NCBI RefSeq assembly: GCF_009914755.1
Contig: NC_060926.1
DNA length: 64,000 nt
Direction: 5' to 3' (one strand)
DNA from: the human T2T-CHM13v2.0 reference genome, Homo sapiens
Shown here: in pieces, positions 12,802 through 23,880 of the stretch
Numbering within the stretch: the stretch's first letter is position 1
How the letters are laid out: every line of letters starts with the position of its first letter
Notes under the pieces: model-generated
Database searches by the model: none
Told to the model about the DNA's origin: nothing
What the model saw: the letters and a program-made list of their open reading frames with translations, nothing else
Made by a program: the position numbers and the translations under genes

Positions 12802-14698
12802 CTCTGAATCCAACTACCAGTGCACAAGGCATAGGAAGAAGAAAGAAACAAGCTAGATGAGAGCTGAAGGAAGCAATCAGCCACATGTAGAGCACAAGAT
12901 ACTTTTCAAGCTGACCGACTTGGGTTCTCCAGTGAATCAAGGCTTTTGAGAAAAATACTTAAGGGATTGTTACAGAATAAGAGACTTAAAAGACAAGGAA
13001 AGTCAATGCTTGGGCTTCATTTGGCTCCTAATTCAAACAACCACTAACAAAAGACATATGGGAATGCTCATAACATTCAAATTTATAGTAGTTATCAGGT
13101 GATATTGAGAAATTATAAATTTTACTAGGTTTGATATTAGCATGGTGGTTACGCTTCTTACATGTACCTAAAAGTTAGAGATACATATTGAAGCATTTAC
13201 AGATGAAACAATATGATGTCTGGGAAGCTCTTTAAAATATTCCATCAAAAATCTAAGTTTGCTGGGTTTGTTATAATATTCTCTCTACTTTTATGTACAT
13301 TTAAAATTTTTCACAATAAAAAGTTAAAACAAAAATAAAATAACAATGAAACTACTGAATAGACAGAAAGCTTTAGTAGAGATGCTTCATGATGATACAC
13401 TTGAATACATTGAGAGGTTTATAAAACAGGACAAGAATGCAAAGAAAACTACATAAATGAAATGACAAAGTAATTATTAACTTCAGGGACAGCAAAGTAT
13501 TTTACAGGAAATGAAAGGTAATCATAGTATACTACATGGCTTAGTAGCACAGAACATTTAGCTAGTCATAATGATATTAATATCAAATACTGATCTAATG
13601 AAAACTATAAGGAAACCAAATTGGACCAAGTCAAGAGTGGAAAATCCTCATGTATTGGGTGGGGATTGGGAGCAACAAACATCATCTTCCAGTCTGAGCA
13701 GTCAATTAATAATGGCCATATTGAAAAATCAATAATTAGCTAAGTGAGCATGGTAATTAGCTATATAGAGTTAAGTACCAAAGGAATTGTAAAATAAAGT
13801 AGAACCTGATGATAATGTAAGAGTCAGTCATGTAAAATGGGAAGGTCACATTATTGAGAGGTTAGTGAAAAATCCCGTGTGATCCTGTGTGTCAGCTAGC
13901 TGGGAATTTGGAGGTCTGAAAGCCAATGATTAGCCATGTTATAGCCAAAGCCACATGATTATAGGGCCTACCTGTTGGAGTTTTGCCTCAGTTTCTCACC
14001 AGAGGAGGAAAATGGGGCAGTGGAAAGGGCTGTTGTACTTGTACTCTTGGACAAACTTATGCTCTGTTCAAGTATTCTTCTTATACTTGCACTCATCCTT
14101 ATGCATACATAATTTTGATAAAGAAAAATTAAATTAAAAAATCCCCAAAAAGACTCCTTGGCGGATGGATGGATTAGTGATGAGAGGATAGAGACAGAAA
14201 AATTGAGTAAGAAACCACTGTGGTCATCCAGACGAGAGGGTGAAGGCCCACACAGAAGGGGAGATTGAGAGACTGGATTTCTACACTGCAGTAGACTTCC
14301 AGGACACACAGTGTTGATGGCAGTCCCACCTGTCCTACTCTCAAACTCTTATTTTTTCAACAATGCTGGAAAGGTGTGGTGCATACGCACACACATACAT
14401 GCAGTCTAGTCAGCCTTCTGGCATACTTGCATACTTGCTTCATTGGAAGTCAATCTTGAAGCCACCTTCCTGGAGGGTATTAAAATCAAGTCTGGATGAC
14501 GTGCAGACACAGGTGCTATAAAGGGGTCTCCTGTATTTGCTGTAGATCCTGTGTTTCTCTATAATACCATGTGGAATTCCTGAGTATTTGGAGGCGCTAG
14601 ATGGCTGGCTGACTTTTCAGTTTTCCATCCATCATCTGCATGTTCGGCACCAGTCTTGAGTACCGTTGGCAGTGATTTTCCAAGGCCAGGGCTTCTTT

Positions 14699-14712
14699 GT
14701 TGCCATGGCAAG
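14699..14712. promoter_or_regulatory. RFX X-box motif
   Basis: gttgccatggcaag, 13/14 match to GTTGCCATGGCAAC; 12-bp perfect palindrome core. Confidence 0.55.
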
Positions 14713-15309
14713 AATGCATGCAGGCTGTCCCTGGGCAGGCCCGGCATGGAGCAGAGGCTGGGCTGTGCTTCGGAGACCTGTCAGGGTAATTCCCGTGGTG
14801 GAAATGGCCTAAGCTATGGGAGCAGTGTGAATTTGCTGCCATAGGATTGATTGCTGGTGAGGTTTCAGTTTGAATATACATGTTTTGTGAGGAAAACTCC
14901 CACTCAGGATTCTCTGAGCATGTTAATGAGACTGGTTTTCTAGTCAGTTTCCAACTGACCTTTGGAAGAAGTCCTATCCAGGGATCAAACCCAGCCTGCC
15001 TTCAAATGGAGACCGCTGACCAGGGAGCTTCTCCTTGTGGCAGCCACGCCTAATGGCCTCAGGGATTTGTAAGTGCAGGCCTTTCCTAACCAGGTCCCGG
15101 GTGAACAGCATTGCCTCGGGTATCCACACCACAAACACCACACCCACCGTCTGGCTTCTCAGTTGTGTTTTTACCTTTATTTCCCATCACCTCCCATGCC
15201 TGTATGCATTCAGCTCTCAGAGGCTCAGGCCCCGCATGACAGCCAGAGTTTCCCCCTCCTATGCAGGTAGGATATTGAAGTCATCTGCCGAATAGAAAAA
15301 GTCAGGTCA

Positions 15310-16370
15310 GCACATGTTTAAGGAAGGCCTCCTACACACAGGCTCTTCTCCAAGCTCTGGAAATATAGCGAGCCCCTGGAAATGGCAAGGTCCCTGCCCC
15401 AAGCAGCTCATTTGATAGTTGGGGACAGAAACCAGTAAGCAAATGATTTATGAGGTGGTGACAAGGGCTATGAAGAAAAAGCAGGCTATGGGGATAGACA
15501 GGACTTGTGATTTTAGCTGTCTCCAAGGTGATTTTTGAGCTGAGATATAGATGAAATGAGGAAGATTTACTGTAGCCGTACTGGACAGAATACTCCAGTG
15601 GAGAGTGTGGCATGTGCAAATGTCCTGAGACTGGGACAATGATATGTCTGAGGAACAGAAAGCAGGCCCTAGGACTGGAAGAGTTCTGTGAGACGAGATG
15701 GGGAGGTGGGCAGAGAGGGCTGGGAGGGCCTGTCCAAGCTCGCGTAGACCATGAGAGGAAGCATTTTTGGGTAGAGAACAGGTTGCAGGGCAAAAGTGGA
15801 AGCAGGGAGGCTGGTGAGAATGTGATCACATTTGCAAAGTTGAAAAGAAAAGCTGGAAAGAATATTGGATAGATTACATCTATTTTGATATAGATATATT
15901 TTGAAGGTGGAGGTGACAGGATTAGCTGTTGAGTTGAATGTGGAATAAGAAAACGTGGCTACAAGATTGACTCTAGAATCTTTGCCTTCAGTTACTAGTT
16001 GAATATTGACATCATTTATTAAATTGGGGAAAGCAGAGAGGCCAGGTGCTGGAGGCAGGGGGATTGAGGTGTTTGTTAGAAATCCAAATAAAGAGGTCAA
16101 GTCTGCAGGTGGATTAGTGAGGCCGGTGTTAAAGAGTGGGAATCCGAGCAGATAAATAGGCTGTGGAGCCAGAAGTTACCCAAGTCTTTGCGATATTACA
16201 GGCTGTAAGATTGAATGCAAACACTGTAGAGAGAAAGAGAAGAAAACAGGTCTGAGGTTTGAGCCCTGGGTACTGAGGTTTGAGCCCTGGGCACTCTCAG
16301 CTCAAGGTCTGGGTGGTGAAGAGGAGCCAAGAGAGACTCAGAAGGAGCCTGGGTGGGAGGAGGCTATTCT
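15310..16370 (-). mobile_element. L2 fragment
   Basis: aaggtgatttttgagctgagat...atgtgcaaatgtcctgag...tatattttgaaggtggaggtgacaggattagctgttgagttgaatgtgg. Confidence 0.8.
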
Positions 16371-16379
16371 GAGACTGAT

Positions 16380-16920
16380 TCATGTGGGCTGAAAGGGAAC
16401 TGATATAATCCAAGATAAATGCCACAGCACGGCACAAGTCTGGAATAAGATGCTAAGGAAGGCAAAAGATCAGAAGGAGCTCATAAATGAAAAAACAACT
16501 GTTAAAAATATTTTTTGAAGGATTTTGTAAGTTTTGTTGACAGAGTCCAACTGTTGATGGCATATGGTGTAATGTTAAAAGGTGACAGAGAGAAAGTACA
16601 ATGTCTCACTTTCTGTTTTACTGCCATGATTTTTCTAAAAAAACTAAACCTACAAAATGGAAAGGGTGGATGCAACATGGTTAGGAGGCAGGAGACCCAG
16701 CCTAAGGGAGAAGGCAAAAGAAAGCATTAGCAGGGCTGAGCACAGGGCAGATCGTGGCCCAGCATATAAACATCAAAAGGATCATGAAGCCCATTGCTAA
16801 CCTATGATAAAGCTTGGAGTGATGGAGAGTCCAGAAAATGTCAAGAGGATTCATATTGCACAAATCTTTAAGAAGGTAAAATACATTTTAGAAATTAGAG
16901 ATCCGAGAGTTGGGTGGTTT
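16380..16920 (+). mobile_element. L3/CR1 ORF2 remnant
   Basis: atggtgtaatgttaaaaggtgacagagagaaagtacaa and gtccagaaaatgtcaagaggattcatattgcacaaatctttaagaaggt...aaattagagatcc resemble the CR1 region encoding PEDW..ANV.PIFKKG...GNYRP. Confidence 0.55.
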
Positions 16921-17684
16921 CTAGTGAAATTAAATAAATGGCTGTGATAACGTAGTAGGAACCGACAGGAGTTTCTTGAGGTTAAGGGGTGCCAGATTCA
17001 GCTTGTTTCTTTTTCTGAATGACCAGTCTGTGACCACTGACATGTGTGGAGCTCAGACTTCTGGTCAAGGTATTAAACCAAATAGAGCTGAATACTTATC
17101 ATTGCCTGTTGCTCCAAGCAACTGGCTGGTCATTGGTGTTATTTGCTATAACAAGAAAGACTGACAGAACCAGGTTGTGGCTGGGGGAGAAACTGAGATG
17201 TCTGTTAGACGTTTTAGTGGACATGTCAGCTTACTACCTTGACTAGAAGTCTGAGCTCATTTATCCATGATAGATGCAATGAAGCAATTAAGAAAAAAGC
17301 CCAGTTTCAATGTAAGAAAGAGAAATAACTAGAAGCAATCAACAAAGAAGGAATGCAAAGCCATGACAGAGAGCCAGCGTTGAAGCTGCAGAGCCCTCAG
17401 GGGCTGGATCCACTCCTTATGGCAGGGATTTTGTTCTGTGTAAAGATGGACATCGAGGGCTCCATGTGAAAGCTTGGGTGGAGAAGGACTGTGTAGGCCA
17501 GGGCTGGGGCACAGGAAGGAGCTTGCCCCTGCAGACTGTGGCAGGGGGAGTTTCCCATGTAAAACTGAAACCCCAGCCTCTGTCACAAAAAGATGTGGGG
17601 CTCCAAGTCACACTGCCTATGCCATAGTGTCAAAATAAACAAACAAAAAATGATAATTATTGTAGAATTTGGCCTCATGGCACT

Positions 17685-18190
17685 TGTCCAATTTGAAATA
17701 AGAATATATGGAGACAGAACTCCAAGCAAAAGGGATTTATTTGGGAATGAACAAAGAAATAGGATTGAGATCTCAGACATATGCATAGACTGGGATGGTC
17801 TCTGGCATGTCTGGAGAACAAAGGAAAATTAAGGTTTTACTGGGGAGAGAAGAGGTGATGCAAGTTGTTTTGAAAGTTCATTGTCAAGTATCAGTAGCTG
17901 CTAGGTGGGACTCAGCATCTTGGAGTTACGGTTAGGCCTTTGTATTTTTGGACTGACCTTGTGAGAGTTGCAAAACAGGCCAGCGTGCCTCTAGAAGTAG
18001 CTAGCTGTTCTTGTGCTGCTAGCTTTTCTTGTGTGACTCATGTAGTAAGCTGTGGTTTGGAAACAATTTTTGAGGTGGATCCTATCATCAGATAAATTAT
18101 GAGTGAGAGTCCTCCCTTCATGGCCTTCCCTGGCTCTATTTTGCTATGGTTTGAAAGAGTGACTCCACTTTGATTCTGACAACTTTCACA
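17685..18190 (-). mobile_element. ERV1 (MER4-group) solo LTR, MER67/MER31-like
   Basis: Reverse strand starts tgtgaaagttgtcagaatcaaagtggagtcact...aaaatagagccagggaaggccatgaaggga and ends ...ttggaca; flanks cact/catt. Confidence 0.8.
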
Positions 18191-18199
18191 CATTTTAGG

Positions 18200-19740
18200 G
18201 CTCTGGCAGATGCAATGTTAAGTCCCCTACAAGGACATACCCACAGCTCACGGCACATCCTGGATTGTTACAGAAGGTAAGTCTTGTTGAAGATGAGCTC
18301 ACAGACAAAATCTCAGAGTAAATGGGGAAACCTAACACTATGAAAGAGAATCAGCAGATGGAAGAAATGGGAATATTTACTCCTGTGGAACTAGCAGCCA
18401 TAGAGTAAGTGTATTTAAATGATAAATGAGACAAAAAAAAAAAAAAAAGGAGAGAATCTACAGGTACTAGAGAAAGCCACTATGCAAAAGGACCAAATAA
18501 TTCAAGAAACTAAATAGTCATTGAAATTAAAGGAAAACAATGTCTTTAATAGATAAATAATACAATAGTCCAAATACAACTGACAACTGAAGATAAAATT
18601 AGTGAATAGGAAGAAAGAGTTAATCTATCAAAATTCTTTACGGAACAAATAAGAGAAAGATAATTTGAGAGGTGCAGAGGCTAAAATCAGAATCTCAAAT
18701 ACATATCTAATAGAAATTCTTGAAGCAATAATTAGTGAGATTGAGAATGTGACAGTATTTGAAGAAGTTAGACACAAGTCTTGATATTAAAGGAGTACAT
18801 CAAATATTAAATAGAAAAATTAAAAATAAACTTATCTAGAAGCATCATCATGCAACTTTAGAACATAAAATAAAAAGTCAAAATTTTTAAAGCTATGATA
18901 AAAGAAAGACATTAAACACAATGGAAAAGTTTCAGAGTGGCACCTACTCTATCAGACACAAAAGTCTCCAGAAGACAACAGAATAAAATGTTTAAGACGC
19001 AAAGGGAAATAATTGTTAACAATAATGCTATATCCAAGTAAACTGTCATCTAGGGAAAGATTTCCATACATACAAAGACTGATAATTTGCCACACATAGA
19101 TCTTTTCTGAAAGAAGTATTTAAGGATGTGCTTCAGCAAGAAGATCATTGAATGTGGAAAGAAGTATGAGAATGCAAGGAGCAGTATTCAGTGATCAAAG
19201 AAGTATGTATGTAAATCCAAATAAGATTGATGGGAAATAATGATTTTTTTTCATGGCTTTAAGTACAACACATAAATACTAAACAAGACTAATTGGGGAA
19301 TGAAAGGGGGTACATTTAAAAGATAGTGAAAGCATACTGATTCCGTTTTCAGGAGAGAGAAAGCAAATTAGAATTACTGTAGCATTTGTAAGAAAAATAT
19401 AAATTAGGCATGTATGTTAAAATTTTAAGTTAAAATTAATGATGGAAAAATTTGTCAGTAAAGGTATTTGTGCTTTAAACCAGGATACAACTAAAAGAAA
19501 GCTGATATAGCAATAAGCAATATTTATAACAGAAAAAATAAAATGCAAGCTTAGAAACACTATTATGGTGCAATATATAAAGAGGTACAATGATAAAAGG
19601 ACCAATCCTCCAAGGAGCCAAAACAATCATGAACTTTACATAACTAATGAAATATATAACTATATAAGGTCCTACTTTACAGACGTGCAAGGAAAAATAT
19701 CAAATATTGATTAAAAATATAAGATGCAACACATATTTTT
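18200..19740 (+). mobile_element. Old L1M ORF1-region remnant
   Basis: A-rich, decayed ORF1 text (atacatatctaatagaaattcttgaag; ctccagaagacaacagaataaaatgtttaag; tatatccaagtaaactgtcat). Confidence 0.6.
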
Positions 19741-19744
19741 GAGT

Positions 19745-19930
19745 AAATAATAGTTATTGATAATTTGTATCAGGCACTGTGGTCACAGCCCCGTTTTACA
19801 TATGAGAAAATAGAGCCTTGAAAATGTCAAATAGTGTGCCGAGTCATATGGCTAGTTGGGCCTGCAGTGAGACTTGAAGCCATGGAGTATAATTCCGAGG
19901 TCATGCTTTTAACCGCTACACAGTGCCTCC
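19745..19930 (-). mobile_element. MIR
   Basis: ccccgttttacatatgagaaaatagagcc...gtcatatggctagt...tgcttttaaccgctacacag. Confidence 0.7.
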
Positions 19931-20004
19931 TTGAATGTTAACACTGGGGCCAGAAGACATGCTAAGTTGTATTCCTCTATTGTGTTTGGGAAGGCAGGGA
20001 TATT

Positions 20005-20450
20005 AATTGTTTAACAAATATTTCTTGAGGGTTTTCTTTATGCCAAATGATGTGCTAGGCACTGGGGATTCAGCATTGGAGGAAACAACAAAACAGAATA
20101 CCTGCTCCATGGTGCTGAGATTCTAGCATGTGTGTAGGAGAGGGAGAGGAACAACAGTAAATATGAAGAAACATAACATGCCAAGTGATGTTCACTGCAA
20201 TAAAGAAGCAAGCACAGTAAGGGTCAAGAAGTAGCAGAGAGTGGGGTGGGATTTTATAGAGGGGTCTCTCTATGTTCAGAGATGAGAGGCAAGAAGGGAG
20301 TGAATCATGGGAATGTACATTTCCAGGCAGAGTGAGAAGCCCTTGTCAAGCCCCAACAGGGAGCTGGCTGGCTGTGCCAAGGACAGTAAGGAGGCAGATG
20401 TGGCTGAATTTCCAGAAGCCAGAGCAGATATGCAAGAAGGGGTCAAGAGG
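20005..20450 (-). mobile_element. L2 3' fragment
   Basis: tttaacaaatatttcttgag...tatgccaaatgatgtgctaggcactggggattcagca. Confidence 0.7.
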
Positions 20451-20701
20451 TAGCAGTGTAATACATTTTTGAATTATCTGTATAAACAATGGACAGGGTT
20501 TGATGGGGTGATGTTTGTCCCACTGAAATGGAACGTCCCAGCATTTCAGTGACAGAATGTGGGAGCTCCTGGGCATCTGCTATTGCCTAAATGAAAGCAC
20601 TGGCTCCACCTCACTCAATGTCTGCTGTAGGCTCCATGGCAACTGGAAGGAAGCCTGCAGAGGCCACTGATGGTAACTGCCTGCCCGTAAGTCTTGAGGA
20701 C

Positions 20702-21065
20702 TGTCTTAGTCCATTCAAACTGCTACAATAACAACACCACAGACTGCATGATTTATAAACAACACACATTTATTGCTCACAGTTCCAGAGGCTGGGAACT
20801 CCAAGATCAAGGCACTAGCAGATTCCGTGTCTGTTGAGGGCTGACTTCCCAGTTCGTAGATGGTGCCTTCTCGCTGTGTCCTCACATGGCAGAAAGAACG
20901 AGGGGTCTCTCGGGGATTTCTTTTGTAAGGGAACAAATCTCATTCACAAGGGCCCCACATTCATGACTTAATCCCTACAAAAGCCCCACCTCTAAATAGC
21001 CTCATATGGGGATTAGCACTTCAACATATGAAGTTGAGGGTGACATAAACTCTCAGTCTATAGCA
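20702..21065 (-). mobile_element. MaLR solo LTR, MLT1A0-like
   Basis: tgtcttagtccattc...ctcacagttccagaggctgggaactccaagatcaagg...cagtctatagca; TSD aggac/aggtc. Confidence 0.9.
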
Positions 21066-21557
21066 AGGTCCAATCCTCCAGTGCACCCTTTTCCTCCCAC
21101 ACAAGAAAGGACAAATGCAGAGACAAGCTGCAGGTGAAGACACTCAGACACAAGGGGTCTCCTGCAACTTATTCTCCTTCCAGAGAAAGAGGTACCCTCA
21201 GGAGCCCATGAGATGGCAGGGGCCCCTGGTGGATATCTGTTAGGTTGTGGTCAGGATTCTCACCACAGAGGACCTGTGGCTGTCTATCAGAGGAGATGCT
21301 GCAGTGTGGATGTGCTGAGGGTCGGCAAACAAATCAGAGGATCAGGTCCCTGGAGGACCTGGAGGATACTGGGGATCCCCCAACACCGTGTGCTTGGCAA
21401 GATATTAGGATGCATTTAGTGAAGAAGGTGAGGCTGACAGGTGGTCCCCTTTTCAGCAGAGCCCTCTGTGGGCCTCACACAGGCCTCGTAGCTTAGTTGT
21501 CAAGGGCAGATCCAAACACATTCCCAACTAGACACCATTCTAAATGGGATGGCACTC

Positions 21558-21825
21558 TTTTTTTTTTTTTTTGAGACAGAGTCTTGCTCTGTCACCCAGG
21601 CTGGAGTGCAGTGGTGCGATCTCCGCTCACTGCAAGCTCCGCCTCCCAGGTTCATGCCATTCCCTGCCTCAGCCTCCCGAGTAGCTGGGACTATAGGCGC
21701 CAGCCACCAGGCCTGGCTAATTTTTTGTATTTTTAGTAATGATGGGGTTTCACCATGTTAGCCAGGATGGTCTCGATCTCCTGACCTCGTGATCTGCCTG
21801 CCTAGGCCTCCCAAAGTGCTGGGAT
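21558..21825 (-). mobile_element. AluY, 5'-truncated by about 25 nt
   Basis: ctgcaagctccgcctccc, ttagccaggatggtctcgatctcctgacctcgtgatc; TSD tgggatggcaYtctt. Confidence 0.94.
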
Positions 21826-22704
21826 GGCATTCTTAATGGATACGCCCCACATTGTGGGCTGTGGTTTTAGATCTTCTTCTTGTCTTTTCCTTATTGGTCT
21901 TGACAGATTCTGATGTGATTACGGTCTTTGAAGGGAGGAGGCTTGGTTTGGGAGTGTGGATGTAGGGATGGATGTGTGTTTGGCCACTGGAGACACAGAA
22001 AGACAGAGGTAACAACTCTGATGTGGATCCTGTGTGGGAGAGGGCCCTAGAAGTCCCCTAGAAGGGCACAGAGGGGCTGGCGCCAGCTCTCAATTCACTG
22101 TCGCAGGGCCACGCAGCCCCCCAGCACCCTCCACACCCCACAGATGGAGGAGGCTATGCGGGTGCCTGGTACCTCCCTCTTCTGACACAAGCACCTGAAG
22201 AAGAAAGGGCTAGGCTTGGAAAGGAGGTGAGAGGGATGGTGAATAGTCCTCAAGACTGGGCCTTTGGGATCAGCCACCCAAAAACCATTTGAGACAGATG
22301 GAATCTGCCATGTTTCTAGGGCTTCCAGTTTCAACACAGAAAAGGCCCAGGGCGATGCTAAGACTCCATCAGCCTACCCGAGGCTTCCACTACACACTTG
22401 ACGTCGGCATCCACCAGACCCAGCTGCACCTGAATCACACACACCTTCTCTCTCTCCCAATCTGTCCCTGTGGTGAGCACAAATGAGCCTCCATGGAAGA
22501 CAGGCGGACCTTGTTCCATTCAGAGATCAGACCTCGGGGCTCCTAAGCAAACCCTATCCACATCTTCTCCACTCCCAGACATTTTCATTTCTGGATATTG
22601 TCATTTTCTGATGAATGTCCCAGGAATAGTGGCTGGTGACCCTTCACCTTCTTTTTCTTCTTCACAGACATATGAACAAACTCTTAAGTTTTGGTGAACT
22701 TAAG

Positions 22705-23055
22705 GTAGCATTTCCCAAGGTGAGTTCCCTAGAACACTAGTTCTTTAGGCTTGTTCTTGATGTTGTGCTAACAAAAAGGTTTGTAGTCAAGGTAATTTGG
22801 CATAGATTTGGTTGGAAAATGTTGAGCAGGCTCACCTTCTGCCCCTTCCCCTCCTTGTGAGTTTCCAGCACAGCTACCCTTGCCAGAGTAACCACTGCTA
22901 ACTGCCTTCCCGTGAGCAGGTTTCTTACAGCAGGATGTTTCAGGGCCTTTAACAGGCACTGTAAGTCTGCAAGAGGGAGATCATAACTGGTATCCTCAAG
23001 CTCATTATGCCACAGACCCTTATTTTCCTCCAGGGCTCTCTGTGGGATATGCTGC
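22705..23055. mobile_element. hAT-Charlie-type DNA transposon fragments
   Basis: gcatttcccaaggtgagttccctagaacactagttc resembles Charlie/MER112-type termini; decayed. Confidence 0.4.
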
Positions 23056-23304
23056 ACTAGGGGTGGCTCTGCCTGTGAACAGCTTCTGTTGGGCCCCTTT
23101 CACACACTGTTGGCCAATGGGGGCTTGCTGAAAACACATCCTCCGCCCACCACCCTATTAGGAAATATCTCATTTAAGTGTCTCAGTGTCTGGAACTGGG
23201 CCATTAGATGTCCATTTCTCTGTGTAAGCCTTTTCTTATTGCAAAATGCAAAATCCCCTGGGAGTAACACATGCAATAATGACTAATCATTCACAGTTTT
23301 GTGC

Positions 23305-23475
23305 TGAGTAAAGAACACGGCTGTTACTGACAGCTGGACTTGGGTCAGAATCCCGATTTCACCCTTCCTTTGCTGTATTACCTTGCTTGACAGGAGGGCT
23401 GCTGGTCACATACAGTGAGATACATTTGCCCCTACCTCCCAGAGTTCTTGTGAGAATTAAAATGATGAACAAACG
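23305..23475 (+). mobile_element. MIR fragment
   Basis: ggacttgggtcagaatccc...cctacctcccagagttcttgtgagaattaaaatga. Confidence 0.6.
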
Positions 23476-23734
23476 AATGCAAAGACAGAGCCAGCAGGGG
23501 AGTGTCTCCCAAAGGGGTGCTTTGCTAAGGATTTTAGAGAACCTGGTGTGCTGCCTTGATGCTGGTGCCCAGGGGCTCGCTGCCCACTGCAGTGGTGTGG
23601 TTCCTGTACCGGATCTGCCCTGATGGTAGAACCTGGCCCTGCCATCCTCAGTGGATGTCTGTTGCAGATGCCACAGACCCAGAAGCATGCCTGGATGATA
23701 CGGTGGGCTGGTGTGTGACAAAAAGCATTTGCTA

Positions 23735-23880
23735 GGCACAATTAAGCCGGCTGAAAACTGCAGAAGGGGCAACTAACCTAATTAACAAAGCAGCATTAGT
23801 CTGAGGGCTTTACAGAAATTAATTGTTGTTATACAAATGCTGAGCTAATTGAGAATAGGTCTGATTAATTTATCAGAGCA
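23735..23880. promoter_or_regulatory. Homeodomain/SOX motif cluster, candidate enhancer
   Basis: caatta, ctaatta, gcatta, aattaattg, ctaattg, gattaat, plus aacaaag and attgtt in about 145 bp of unique DNA. Confidence 0.5.

Larger units (their letters stand above)
11340..13400 (+). mobile_element. L1MC4-like 3' region with nested MER5 elements
   Basis: cactgaaaaggtctagaaacaatgac...ccactgaaagaaaccagag...agatacatattgaagcatttacagatgaaacaatatgatgtctggg...caataaaaagttaaaa. Confidence 0.75.
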
